Part shown: positions 13,901 through 28,900 of the stretch, one piece after another
Position numbering within the stretch: the first letter of the stretch is position 1
Layout: each line of letters starts with the position of its first letter
Assembly: GCA_964016885.1 (NCBI GenBank)
Contig: OZ024741.1
Location: 5,642,001 to 5,706,000, forward strand
Length of the DNA stretch: 64,000 bases
Origin: Eledone cirrhosa
Lineage: Eukaryota
Direction of reading: 5' to 3'
Made by a program: the position numbers and the translations under genes
Notes under the pieces: generated by a model
Database searches by the model: none
Seen by the model: the letters and a program-made list of their open reading frames with translations, nothing else
Told to the model about the DNA's origin: nothing

Positions 13901-16900
13901 GTCCAATTGAGGAGGTTATTACAGTGGTCCACTTGAGGTTATTACAGTGGTCCACTTGAGGAGGTTATTACAGTGGTCCACTTGAGGTTATTACAGTGTT
14001 CCACTTGAGGTGGTTACTACAGTGGTCCATTTGAGGAGGTTATTACAGTGGTCCACTTGAGGTTATTACAGTGGTCCACTTGAGGAGGCTATTACAGTGG
14101 TCCACTTAAGGTTATTAAAGTGGTCCACTTGAGGAGGTTATTACAGTGGCCCACTTGAGGAGGTTATTACAGTGGTCCACTTGAGGCTATTACAGTGGTC
14201 CACTTGAGGAGGCCATTACAGTGGTCCACTTGAGGTTATTACAGTGGTCCACTTGAGGAGGTTATTACAGTGGTCCACTTGAGGTTATTACAGTGGTCCA
14301 CTTGAGGAGGTTATTACAGTGGTCCAATTGAGAAGGGTATTACAGTGGTCCACTGGAGGAGGCTATTACAGTGGTCCACTTGAGAAGGTTATTACAGTGG
14401 CCCACTTGAGGTTATTACAGTGGTCCACTTGAGGATGTTTTTAGAGTTGTCCACTTGAGGAGGTTATTACAGTGGTCCAATTGAGAAGGTTATTACAGTG
14501 GTCCACTTTAGGTCATTCCAGTGGTCCACTTGAGGTGGTTATTACAGCGGTCCACTTGAGATTATTAAAGTAGTCCAATTGAGGTTATTACAGTGGTCCA
14601 CTTGAGGTTATTACAGTGGTCCACTTGAGGTTATTACAGTGGTCCACTTGTAGAGGTTATTACAGTGGTGCACTTCAGGTTATTACAGTGGTCCACATGA
14701 GGATTTTATTACAGTGGTCCACTTGAGGTGGCTATTACAGTGGTCCACTTGAGGAGGTTATTACAGTGGTCCACTTGAGGTTATTACAGTGGTCCACTTG
14801 AGGTTATTACAGTGGTCCACTTGAGAAGGTTATTACAGTGGTCCACTTGAGGAGGTTATTACAGTGGTCCACTTGGGGAGGTTATTACAGTGGTCCACTT
14901 GAGGAGGCTATTACAGTGGTCCACTTGAGGTTATTACAGTGGTCCACTTGAGGAGGTTATTACAGTGGTCCACTTGAGGAGGTTATTACAGTGGTCCACT
15001 TGAGGAGGTTATTACAGTGGTCCACTTGAGGAGGCTATTACAGTGGTCCACTTGAGGTTATTACAGTGGTCCACTTGAGGAGGTTATTACAGTGGTCCAC
15101 TTGAGGAGGTTATTACAGTGGTCCACTTGAGGTTAATACAGTGGTCCACTTGAGGAGGTTATTACAGTGGTCCACTTGAGGATATTACAGTGGTCCATTT
15201 GAGGAGGTTATTACAGTGGTCCACTTGAGGAGGTTATTACAGTGGTCCACTTGAGGTTATTACAGTGGTCCACTTGTAGAGGTTATTACAGTGGTGCACT
15301 TCAGGTTATTACAGTGGTCCACATGAGGATTTTATTACAGTGGTCCACTTGAGGTAGCTATTACAGTGGTCCACTTGAGGTGGTTATTACAGTGGTCCAC
15401 TTTAGGTTATTACAGTGGTCCACCTGAGGTTATTACAGTGGTCCACTTGAGGAGGTTATTACAGTGGTCCACTTCAGGTTATTACAGTGGTGCACTTGAG
15501 GAGCCTATTACAGTGGTCCACTTGAGGTTATTAAAGTGGTCCACTTGAGGAGGTTATTACAGTGGTCCACTTGAGGTTATTACAGTGGTCCACGTGAGGA
15601 GGCTATTACAGTGGTCCACTTGAGGTGGCTATTACAGTGGAACACTTGAGGAGGCTATTACAGTGGTCCACTTGAGGTTATTACAGTGGTCCACTTGAGG
15701 AGGCTATTAAAGAGGTCCACTTGAGGTTATTACAGTGGTCTTCTTGATGTTATTACAGTGGTCCACTTGAAGTTATTACAGTGGTCCACTTGAGGAGGCT
15801 ATTACAGAGGTCCACTTGAGATTATTACGGTGGTCCACTTGAGGAGGTTATTACAGTGGTCCATTTAAGGAGGTTATTACAGTGGTCCACTTGAGGAGAC
15901 TATTACAGTGGTCCACTTGAGGAGGTTATTACAGTGGTCCACTTGAGGAGGTTATTACAGTGGTCCACTTGAGGTTATTACAGTGGTCCAATTGAGAAGG
16001 TTATTACAGTGGTCCACTTGAGGAGGCTATTACAGTGGTCCACTTGAGGAGGTTATTACAGTGGTCCATTTGAGCTCATTACAGTGGTCCACTTGAGGAG
16101 GTTATTACAGTGGTCCACTTGAGGAGGTTATTACAGTGGTCCACTTGAGTTTATTACAGTGGTCCACTTGAGGAGGCTATTACAGTGGTCCACTTGAGTT
16201 TATTACAGTGGTCCACTTGAGGAGGCTATTACAGTGGTCCATTTGAGGTTATTACAGTGGTCCACTTGAGGAGGTTATTACACTGGTCCACTTGAGGTTA
16301 TTACAGTGGTCCACTTGAGGTTATTACAGTGGTCCACTTGAGGAGGCTATTACAGTGGTCCACTTGAGGTTATTACAGTGAGCCACTTGGGGAGGTTATT
16401 ACAGTGGTCCACTTGAGGTTATTACAGTGGTCCACTTGAGGTTATTACAATGGTCCACTTGAGGAGGCTATTACAGTGGTCCACTTTAGGTTATTACAGT
16501 TGTCCACTTGAGGAAGCTATTACAGTGGTCCACTTGAGGAGGCTATTACAGTGGTCCACTTGAGGTTATTACAGTGGTCCACTTGAGGTTATTACAGTGG
16601 TCCACTTGAGGAGGCTATTACAGTGGTCCACTTGATGTTATTACAGTGGTCCACTTGTGGAGGTTATTACAGTGGTCCACTTGAGGTTATTACAGTGGTC
16701 GACTTGAGGTTATTACAGTGGTCCACTTGAGGGGGCTATTACAGTGGTCCACTCGAGAAGGTTGTTACAGAGGTCCACTTGAGGTTATTACAGTGGTCCA
16801 CTTGAGGAGTTTATTACAGTGGTCCACTTGAGGAGTTATTACAGTGGTCCACTTGAGAAGGTTATTACAGTGGTCCACTTGAGGAGGTTATTACAGTGGT

Positions 16901-19900
16901 CCACTTGATGTTATTACAGTGGTCCACTTGAGGAGGCTATTACAGTGGTCCACTTGAGGAGGTTATTACAGTGGTCCACTTGAGGAGGCTATTACAGTGG
17001 TCTACTTGAGGTTATTACAGTGGTCCACTTGAGGGGGTTATTACAGTGGTCCACGTGAGGTTATTACAGTGGTCCACTTGAGGAGGTTATTACAGTGGTC
17101 CAATTGAGGAGGTTATTACAGTGGTCCACTTGAGGTTATTACAGTGGACCAATTGAGGAGGTTATTACAGTGGTCCGCTTAAGGAGATTATTACAGTGGT
17201 CCACTTGAGGTTATTACAGTGGTCCACTTGAGGAGGTTATTACAGTGGTCCACTTGATGTTATTACAGTGGTCCACTTGAGGAGGTTATTACAGTGGTCC
17301 GTTTGAGGAGGTTATTACAGTGGTCCACTTGAGGTTATTACAGTGGTCCACTTGAGGAGGTTATTACAGTGGTCCAATTGAGGAGGTTATTACAGTGGTC
17401 CACTTGAGGAGGTTATTACAGTAGTCCACTTGAGGAGGTTATTACAGTGGTCCAGTTGAGGTTATTACAGTGGTACACTAGAGGTGGTTATTACAGTGGT
17501 CCACTTGAGGTTATTACAGTGGTCCACTTGAGGAGGTTATTACAGTGGTCCACTTGAGGTTATTACAGTGGTCCACTTGAGGAGGCTATTACAGTGGTCC
17601 ACTTGAGGTTATTACAGTGGTCCTCTTGAGGAGGTTATTACAGTGGTCCACTTGAGGTTATTACAGTGGTCCACTTGAGGAGGTTATTACAGTGGTCCAC
17701 TTGAGGTTATTACAGTGGTCCACTTGAGGTTATTACAGTGGGCCACTAGAGGAGGTTATTACAGTGGTCCACTTGAGGTTATTACAGTGGTCCACTTGAG
17801 GAGGCTATTACAGTGGTCCACTTGAGGTGCTTATTACAGTGGTCCACTTGAGGAGGTTATTACAGTGGTCCACTTGAGGAGGTTATTACAGTGGTCCAAT
17901 TGAGAAGGTTATTACAGTGGTCCACTTGAGGTGGTTATTACAGTGGTCCACTTGAGGAGGCTATTACAGTGGTCCACTTGAGGAGGTTATTACAGTGGTC
18001 CACTTGAGGTTATTACAGTGGTCCACTTGAGGTTATTATAGTGGTCCACTTGAGGAGGCTATTACAGTGGTCCACTTGAGGTTATTACAGTGGTCCACTT
18101 GAAGAGGCTATTAAAGTGGTCCACTTGAGGTTATTACAGTGATCCACTTGAGGAGGCTATTACAGTGGTCCACTTGAGGTTATTTCAGTGATCCACTTGA
18201 GGAGGTTATTACAGTGGTCCACTTGAGGTTATTACAGTGGTCCACTTGAGGTTATTACAGTGGTCCACTTGAGGGGACTATTACAGTGGTCCACTTGAGA
18301 AGTTTATTACAGTGGTCCACTTGAGAAGGTTATTACAGTGGTCCCCTTGAGGTTATTACAGTGGTCCACTTGAGGTTATTACATTGGTCCACTTGAGGAG
18401 GTTATTACAGTGGTCCACTTGAGAAGGCTATTACAGTGGTCCACTTGAGAAGGTTATTACAGTGGTCCCCTTGAGGTTATTACAATGGTCCACTTGAGGT
18501 TATTACAGTGGTCCACTTGAGGAGGTTATTACAGTGGTCCACTTGAGGTTATTACAGTGTTCCACTTGAGGTGGTTACTACAGTGGTCCACTTGAGGAGG
18601 TTATTACAGTGGTCCACTTGAGGTTATTACAGTGGTCCACTTGAGGAGGCTATTACAGTGGTCCACTTAAGGTTATTACAGTGGTCCACTTGAGGAGGAT
18701 ATTACAATGGCCCACTTGAGGAGGTTATTACAGTGGTCCACTTGAGGCTATTACAGTGGTCCACTTGAGGAGGCCATTACAGTGGTCCACTTAAGGTTAT
18801 TACAGTGGTCCACTTGAGGAGGCTATTACAGCGGTCCACTTGAGGTTATTACAGTGGTCCACTTGAGGAGGTTATTACAGTGGTCCACTTGAGGTTATTA
18901 CAGTGGTCCACTTGAGGAGGCTATTACAGTGGTCCACTTGAGAAGGTTATTACAGTGGCCCACTTGAGGTTATTACAGTGGTCCACTTGAGGTTATTACA
19001 GTGGTCCACTTGAGGAGGTTATTACAGTGGTCCACTTGAGGTTATTACAGTGGTCCACTTGAGGAGGTTATTACAGTGGTCCACTTGAGGTTATTACAGT
19101 GGTCCACTTGAGGAGGCTATTACAGCGGTCCACTTGAGGTTATTACAGTGGTCCACTTAAGGAGGTTATTACAGTGGTCCACTTGAGGTTATTACAGTGG
19201 TCCACTTGAGGAGGCTATTACAGTGGTCCACTTGAGAAGGTTATTACAGTGGCCCACTTGAGGTTATTACAGTGGTCCACTTGAGGTTATTACAGTGGTC
19301 CACTTGAGGAGGTTATTACAGTGGTCCACTTGAGGTTATTACAGTGGTCCACTTGAGGAGGCTATTACAGTGGTCCACTTGAGGTTATTACAGTGGTCCA
19401 CTTGAGGAGGTTATTACAGTGGTCCACTTGGGGAGGTTATTACAGTGGTCCACTTGAGGAGGCTATTACAGTGGTCCACTTGAGGTTATTACAGTGGTCC
19501 ACTTGAGGAGGTTATTACAGTGGTCCACTTGAGGAGGCTATTACAGTGGTCCACTTGAGGTTATTACAGTGGTCCACTTGAGGAGGTTATTACAGTGGTC
19601 CACTTGGGGAGGTTATTACAGTGGTCCACTTGAGGAGGCTATTACAGTGGTCCACTTGAGGTTATTACATTGGTCCACTTGAGGAGGGTATTACAGTGGT
19701 CCACTTGGGGAGGTTATTACAGTGGTCCACTTGAGGAGGCTATTACAGTGGTCCACTTGAGGTTATTACAGTGGTCCACTTGAGGAGGTTATTACAGTGG
19801 TCCACTTGAGGTTAATACAGTGGTCCACTTGAGGAGGTTATTACAGTGGTCCACTTGAAGTTATTACAGTTGTCCATTTGAGGAGGTTATTACAGTGGTC

Positions 19901-22900
19901 CACTTGAGGAGGTTATTACAGTGGTCCACTTCAGGTTATCACAGTGGTCCACTTGTAGAGGTTATTACAGTGGTGCACTTCAGGTTATTACAGTGGTCCA
20001 CATGAGGATTTTATTACAGTGGTCCACTTGAGGTAGCTATTACAGTGGTCCACTTGAGGAGGTTATTACAGTGGTCCACTTTAGGTTATTACAGTGGTCC
20101 ACCTGAGGTTATTACAGTGGTCCACTTGAGGAGGTTATTACAGTGGTCCACTTCAGGTTATTACAGTGGTGCACTTGAGGAGCCTATTACAGTGGTCCAC
20201 TTGAGGTTATTAAAGTGGTCCACTTGAGGAGGTTATTACAGTGGTACATTTTAGGTGGCTATTACAGTGGTCCACTTGAGGAGGTTATTACAGTGGTCCA
20301 CTTGAGGAGGTTATTACAGTGGTCCACTTGAGGTTATTACAGTGGTCCACGTGAGGACGCTATTACAGTGGGTGGTCCACTTGAGGTGGCTATTACAGTG
20401 GTCCACTTGAGGTTATTACAGTGGTCCAATTGAGAAGGTTATTACAGTGGTCCACTTGAGGAGGCTATTACAGTGGTCCACTTGAGGAGGTTATTACAGT
20501 GGTCCATTTGAGCTCATTACAGTGGTCCACTTGAGGAGGTTATTACAGTGGTCCACTTGAGGAGGTTATTACAGTGGTCCACTTGAAGTTATTACAGTGG
20601 TCCACGTGAGGAGGCTATTACAGTGGTCCACTTGAGGTGGCTATTACAGTGGTCCACTTGACGAGGTTATTACAGTAGTCCACTTGAGGAGGCTATTACA
20701 GTGGTCCACTTGAGGAGGCTATTACAGTGGTCCACTTGAGGTTATTACAGTGGTCCACTTGAGGAGGTTATTACAGTGGTCCACTTGAGGTTATTACAGT
20801 GTTCCACTTGAGGTGGTTACTACAGTGGTCCACTTGAGGAGGTTATTACAGTGGTCCACTTGAGGAGGCTATTACAGTGGTCCACTTGAGGTTATTTCAG
20901 TGATCCACTTGAGGAGGTTATTACAGTGGTCCACTTGAGGTTATTACAGTGGTCCACTTGAGGGGGTTATTACAGTGGTCCACTTGAGAAGGTTATTACA
21001 GTGGTCAAGTTGAGGTTATTACAGTGATCCCCTTGAGGAGGCTATTACAGTGGTCCACTTGAGGAGGTTATTACAGTGGTCCACTTGAGAAGGCTATTAC
21101 AGTGGTCCACTTGAGAAGGTTATTACAGTGGTCCACTTGAGGTTATTACAGTGGACCATTTGAGGAGGTTATTACAGTGGTCCAATTGAGGAGGTTATTA
21201 CAGTGGTCCACTTGAGGTTATTACAGTGGTCCACTTGAGGAGGTTATTACAGTGGTCCACTTGAGGTTATTACAGTGTTCCACTTGAGGTGGTTACTACA
21301 GTGGTCCACTTGAGGAGGTTATTACAGTGGTCCACTTGAGGTTATTACAGTGGTCCACTTGAGGAGGCTATTACAGTGGTCCACTTAAGGTTATTAAAGT
21401 GGTCCACTTGAGGAGGTTATTACAGTGGCCCACTTGAGGAGGTTATTACAGTGGTCCACTTGAGGCTATTACAGTGGTCCACTTGAGGAGGCCATTACAG
21501 TGGTCCACTTGAGGTTATTACAGTGGTTCACTTGAGGAGGCTATTACAGCGGTCCACTTGAGGTTATTACAGTGGTCCACTTGAGGAGGTTATTACAGTG
21601 GTCCACTTGAGGTTATTACAGTGGTCCACTTGAGGAGGTTATTACAGTGGTCCAATTGAGAAGTGTATTACAGTGGTCCACTTGAGGAGGCTATTACAGT
21701 GGTCCACTTGAGAAGGTTATTACAGTGGCCCACTTGAGGTTATTACAGTGGTCCACTTGAGGATGTTTTTAGAGTTGTCCACTTGAGGAGGTTATTACAG
21801 TGGTCCAATTGAGAAGGTTATTACAGTGGTCCACTTGAGGTCATTACAGTGGTCCACTTGAGGTGGTTATTACAGCGGTCCACTTGAGGTTATTACAGTG
21901 GTCCACTTGAGGAGGCTTTTACAGTGGTCCATTTGAGGTTATTACAGTGGTCCACTTGAGGAGGTTATTACAGTGGTCCACTTGAGGTTATTACAGTGGT
22001 CCACTTGAGGTTATTACAGTTGTCCACTTGATGTTATTACAGTGGTCCACTTGAGGAGGCTATTACAGTGGTCCACTTGAGGTTATTACAGTGATCCACT
22101 TGAGGAGGTTATTACAGTGGTCCACTTGAGGTTATTACAGTGATCCACTTGAGGTTATTACAGTGGTCCACTTGAGGAGGCTATTACAGTGGTCCACTTG
22201 AGGTTTTTACAGTTGTCCACTTGAGGAAGCTATTACAGTGGTCCACTTGAGGTTATTACAGTGGTCCACTTGAGGAGGCTATTACAGTGGTCCACTTGAT
22301 GTTATTACAGTGGTCCACTTGTGGAGGTTATTACAGTGGTCCACCTGAGGGGGCTATTACAGTGGTCCACTTGAGAAGGTTATTACAGTGGTCCACTTGA
22401 GGTTATTACAGTGGTCCACTTGAGGATTTTATTACAGTGGTCCACTTGAGGGGTTATTACAGTGGTCCACTTGAGAAGGTTATTACAGTGGTCCACTTGA
22501 GGAGGTTATTACAGTGGTCCACTTGATGTTATTACAGTGGTCCACTTGAGGAGGCTATTACATTGGTCCACTTGAGGAGGTTATTACAGTGGTCCACTTG
22601 AGGAGGCTATTACAGTGGTCTACTTGAGGTTATTACAGTGGTCCACTTGAGGGGGTTATTACAGTGGTTCCACTTGAGGTTATTACAGTGGTCCACTTGA
22701 GGAGGTTATTACAGTGGTCCAATTGAGGAGGTTATTACAGTGGTCCACTTGAGGTTATTACAGTGGACCAATTGAGGAGGTTATTACAGTGGTCCGCTTG
22801 AGGAGGTTATTACAGTGGTCCACTTGAGGTTATTACAGTGGTCCACTTGAGGAGGTTATTACAGTGGTCCACTTGAGGTTATTACAGTGGTCCACTTGAG

Positions 22901-25900
22901 GAGGTTATTACAGTGGTCCGTTTGAGGAGGTTATTACAGTGGTCCACTTGAGGTTATTACAGTGGTCCACTTGAGGAGGTTATTAAAGTGGTCCAATTGA
23001 GGAGGTTATTACAGTGGTCCACTTGAGGAGGTTATTACAGTGGTCCACTTGAGGAGGTTATTACAGTGGTCCAATTGAGGAGGTTATTACAGTGGTCCAC
23101 TTGAGGAGGTTATTACAATGGTCCAGTTGAGGTTATTACAGTGGTACAATAGAGGAGGTTTTTACAGTGGTCCACTTGAGGTTATTACAGTGGTCCACTT
23201 GAGGAGGTTATTACAGTGGTCCACTTGAGGTTATTACAGTGGTCCACTTGAGGAGGCTATTACAGTGGTCCACTTGAGGTTATTACAGTGGTCCACTTGA
23301 GGAGGTTATTACAGTGGTCCACTTGAGGTTATTACAGTGGTCCACTTGAGGAGGTTATTACAGTGGTCCAATTGAGGAGGTTATTACAGTGGTCCACTTG
23401 AGGTTATTACAGTAGGCCACTAGAGGAGGTTATTACAGTGGTCCACTTGAGGTTATTACAGTGGTCCACTTGAGGAGGCTATTACAGTGGTCCACTTGAG
23501 GAGGTTATTACAGTGGTCCACTTGAGGAGGTTATTACAGTAGTCCACTTGAGGTGGTTATTACAGTGGTCCACTTGAGGTGGTTATTACAGTGGTCCACT
23601 TGAGGAGGCTATTACAGTGGTCCACTTGAGGAGGTTATTACAGTGGTCCACTTGAGGTTATTACAGTGGTCCACTTGAGGTTATTATAGTGGTCCACTTG
23701 AGGAGGCTATTACAGTGGTCAACTTGAGGTTATTACAGTGGTCCACTTGAGGAGGCTATTAAAGTGGTCCACTTGAGGTTATTACAGTGATCCACTTGAG
23801 GAGGCTATTACAGTGGTCCACTTGAGGTTATTTCAGTGATCCACTTGAGGAGGTTATTACAGTGGTCCACTTGAGGTTATTACAGTGGTCCACTTGAGGT
23901 TATTACAGTGGTCCACTTGAGGGGGCTATTACAGTGGTCCACTTGAGAAGGTTATTACAGTGGTCAAGTTGAGGTTATTACAGTGGTCCCCTTGAGGAGG
24001 CTATTACAGTGGTCCACTTGAGAATGCTATTACAGTGGTCCACTTGAGGTTATTACAGTGGTCCACTTGAGAATGCTATTACATTGTCCACTTGAGAAGG
24101 TTATTACAGTGGTCCACTTGAGGTTATTACAGTGGACCATTTGAGGAGGTTATTACAGTGCTCCACTTGAGGAGGTTATTACAGTGATCCACTTGAGGAG
24201 GCTATTACAGTGGTCCACTTGAGGAGGTTATTACAGTGGTCCACTTGAGGAGGTTATTACAGTGGTCCACTTGAGGTGGCTATTACAGTGGTTCACTTGA
24301 GGTTATTACAGTGGTCCAATTGAGGAGGTTATTACAGTGGTCCACTTGAGGTTATTACAGTGGTCCAATTGAGGAGGTTATTACAGTGGTCCACTTGAGG
24401 AGGCTATTACAGTGGTCCACTTGAGGTTATTACAGTGGTCCACTTGAGGAGGTTAATACAGTGGTCCACTTGAGGTTATTACAGTGGTCCACTTGAGGAG
24501 GCTATAACAGTGGTCCACTTGAGGAGGTTATTACAGTGGTCCACTTGAGGTTATTACAGTGGTCCACTTGTGGAGGCAATTACAGTGGTCCACTTGAGGT
24601 TATTACAGTGGTCCACTTGAGGAGGTTATTACAGTGGTCCACTTGAGGTTATTACAGTGGTCCAATTGAGGAGGCTATTACAGTGGTCCACCTGAGGTTA
24701 TTACAGTGGTCCACTTGAGGAGGTTATTACAGTGGTCCACTTCAGGTTATTACAGTGGTGCACTTGAGGAGCCTATTACAGTGGTCCACTTGAGGTTATT
24801 AAAGTGGTCCACTTGAGGAGGTTATTACAGTGGTACATTTTAGGTGGCTATTACAGTGGTCCACTTGAGGAGGTTATTACAGTGGTCCACTTGAGGAGGT
24901 TATTACAGTGGTCCACTTGAGGTTATTACAGTGGTCCACGTGAGGACGCTATTACAGTGGGTGGTCCACTTGAGGTGGCTATTACAGTGGTCCACTTGAG
25001 GTTATTACAGTGGTCCAATTGAGAAGGTTATTACAGTGGTCCACTTGAGGAGGCTATTACAGTGGTCCACTTGAGGAGGTTATTACAGTGGTCCATTTGA
25101 GCTCATTACAGTGGTCCACTTGAGGAGGTTATTACAGTGGTCCACTTGAGGAGGTTATTACAGTGGTCCACTTGAAGTTATTACAGTGGTCCACGTGAGG
25201 AGGCTATTACAGTGGTCCACTTGAGGTGGCTATTACAGTGGTCCACTTGACGAGGTTATTACAGTAGTCCACTTGAGGAGGCTATTACAGTGGTCCACTT
25301 GAGGAGGCTATTACAGTGGTCCACTTGAGGTTATTACAGTGGTCCACTTGAGGAGGTTATTACAGTGGTCCACTTGAGGTTATTACAGTGTTCCACTTGA
25401 GGTGGTTACTACAGTGGTCCACTTGAGGAGGTTATTACAGTGGTCCACTTGAGGAGGCTATTACAGTGGTCCACTTGAGGTTATTTCAGTGATCCACTTG
25501 AGGAGGTTATTACAGTGGTCCACTTGAGGTTATTACAGTGGTCCACTTGAGGGGGTTATTACAGTGGTCCACTTGAGAAGGTTATTACAGTGGTCAAGTT
25601 GAGGTTATTACAGTGATCCCCTTGAGGAGGCTATTACAGTGGTCCACTTGAGGAGGTTATTACAGTGGTCCACTTGAGAAGGCTATTACAGTGGTCCACT
25701 TGAGAAGGTTATTACAGTGGTCCACTTGAGGTTATTACAGTGGACCATTTGAGGAGGTTATTACAGTGGTCCAATTGAGGAGGTTATTACAGTGGTCCAC
25801 TTGAGGTTATTACAGTGGTCCACTTGAGGAGGTTATTACAGTGGTCCACTTGAGGTTATTACAGTGTTCCACTTGAGGTGGTTACTACAGTGGTCCACTT

Positions 25901-28900
25901 GAGGAGGTTATTACAGTGGTCCACTTGAGGTTATTACAGTGGTCCACTTGAGGAGGCTATTACAGTGGTCCACTTAAGGTTATTAAAGTGGTCCACTTGA
26001 GGAGGTTATTACAGTGGCCCACTTGAGGAGGTTATTACAGTGGTCCACTTGAGGCTATTACAGTGGTCCACTTGAGGAGGCCATTACAGTGGTCCACTTG
26101 AGGTTATTACAGTGGTTCACTTGAGGAGGCTATTACAGCGGTCCACTTGAGGTTATTACAGTGGTCCACTTGAGGAGGTTATTACAGTGGTCCACTTGAG
26201 GTTATTACAGTGGTCCACTTGAGGAGGTTATTACAGTGGTCCAATTGAGAAGTGTATTACAGTGGTCCACTTGAGGAGGCTATTACAGTGGTCCACTTGA
26301 GAAGGTTATTACAGTGGCCCACTTGAGGTTATTACAGTGGTCCACTTGAGGATGTTTTTAGAGTTGTCCACTTGAGGAGGTTATTACAGTGGTCCAATTG
26401 AGAAGGTTATTACAGTGGTCCACTTGAGGTCATTACAGTGGTCCACTTGAGGTGGTTATTACAGCGGTCCACTTGAGGTTATTACAGTGGTCCACTTGAG
26501 GAGGCTTTTACAGTGGTCCATTTGAGGTTATTACAGTGGTCCACTTGAGGAGGTTATTACAGTGGTCCACTTGAGGTTATTACAGTGGTCCACTTGAGGT
26601 TATTACAGTTGTCCACTTGATGTTATTACAGTGGTCCACTTGAGGAGGCTATTACAGTGGTCCACTTGAGGTTATTACAGTGATCCACTTGAGGAGGTTA
26701 TTACAGTGGTCCACTTGAGGTTATTACAGTGATCCACTTGAGGTTATTACAGTGGTCCACTTGAGGAGGCTATTACAGTGGTCCACTTGAGGTTTTTACA
26801 GTTGTCCACTTGAGGAAGCTATTACAGTGGTCCACTTGAGGTTATTACAGTGGTCCACTTGAGGAGGCTATTACAGTGGTCCACTTGATGTTATTACAGT
26901 GGTCCACTTGTGGAGGTTATTACAGTGGTCCACCTGAGGGGGCTATTACAGTGGTCCACTTGAGAAGGTTATTACAGTGGTCCACTTGAGGTTATTACAG
27001 TGGTCCACTTGAGGATTTTATTACAGTGGTCCACTTGAGGGGTTATTACAGTGGTCCACTTGAGAAGGTTATTACAGTGGTCCACTTGAGGAGGTTATTA
27101 CAGTGGTCCACTTGATGTTATTACAGTGGTCCACTTGAGGAGGCTATTACATTGGTCCACTTGAGGAGGTTATTACAGTGGTCCACTTGAGGAGGCTATT
27201 ACAGTGGTCTACTTGAGGTTATTACAGTGGTCCACTTGAGGGGGTTATTACAGTGGTTCCACTTGAGGTTATTACAGTGGTCCACTTGAGGAGGTTATTA
27301 CAGTGGTCCAATTGAGGAGGTTATTACAGTGGTCCACTTGAGGTTATTACAGTGGACCAATTGAGGAGGTTATTACAGTGGTCCGCTTGAGGAGGTTATT
27401 ACAGTGGTCCACTTGAGGTTATTACAGTGGTCCACTTGAGGAGGTTATTACAGTGGTCCACTTGAGGTTATTACAGTGGTCCACTTGAGGAGGTTATTAC
27501 AGTGGTCCGTTTGAGGAGGTTATTACAGTGGTCCACTTGAGGTTATTACAGTGGTCCACTTGAGGAGGTTATTAAAGTGGTCCAATTGAGGAGGTTATTA
27601 CAGTGGTCCACTTGAGGAGGTTATTACAGTGGTCCACTTGAGGAGGTTATTACAGTGGTCCAATTGAGGAGGTTATTACAGTGGTCCACTTGAGGAGGTT
27701 ATTACAATGGTCCAGTTGAGGTTATTACAGTGGTACAATAGAGGAGGTTTTTACAGTGGTCCACTTGAGGTTATTACAGTGGTCCACTTGAGGAGGTTAT
27801 TACAGTGGTCCACTTGAGGTTATTACAGTGGTCCACTTGAGGAGGCTATTACAGTGGTCCACTTGAGGTTATTACAGTGGTCCACTTGAGGAGGTTATTA
27901 CAGTGGTCCACTTGAGGTTATTACAGTGGTCCACTTGAGGAGGTTATTACAGTGGTCCAATTGAGGAGGTTATTACAGTGGTCCACTTGAGGTTATTACA
28001 GTAGGCCACTAGAGGAGGTTATTACAGTGGTCCACTTGAGGTTATTACAGTGGTCCACTTGAGGAGGCTATTACAGTGGTCCACTTGAGGAGGTTATTAC
28101 AGTGGTCCACTTGAGGAGGTTATTACAGTAGTCCACTTGAGGTGGTTATTACAGTGGTCCACTTGAGGTGGTTATTACAGTGGTCCACTTGAGGAGGCTA
28201 TTACAGTGGTCCACTTGAGGAGGTTATTACAGTGGTCCACTTGAGGTTATTACAGTGGTCCACTTGAGGTTATTATAGTGGTCCACTTGAGGAGGCTATT
28301 ACAGTGGTCAACTTGAGGTTATTACAGTGGTCCACTTGAGGAGGCTATTAAAGTGGTCCACTTGAGGTTATTACAGTGATCCACTTGAGGAGGCTATTAC
28401 AGTGGTCCACTTGAGGTTATTTCAGTGATCCACTTGAGGAGGTTATTACAGTGGTCCACTTGAGGTTATTACAGTGGTCCACTTGAGGTTATTACAGTGG
28501 TCCACTTGAGGGGGCTATTACAGTGGTCCACTTGAGAAGGTTATTACAGTGGTCAAGTTGAGGTTATTACAGTGGTCCCCTTGAGGAGGCTATTACAGTG
28601 GTCCACTTGAGAATGCTATTACAGTGGTCCACTTGAGGTTATTACAGTGGTCCACTTGAGAATGCTATTACATTGTCCACTTGAGAAGGTTATTACAGTG
28701 GTCCACTTGAGGTTATTACAGTGGACCATTTGAGGAGGTTATTACAGTGCTCCACTTGAGGAGGTTATTACAGTGATCCACTTGAGGAGGCTATTACAGT
28801 GGTCCACTTGAGGAGGTTATTACAGTGGTCCACTTGAGGAGGTTATTACAGTGGTCCACTTGAGGTGGCTATTACAGTGGTTCACTTGAGGTTATTACAG

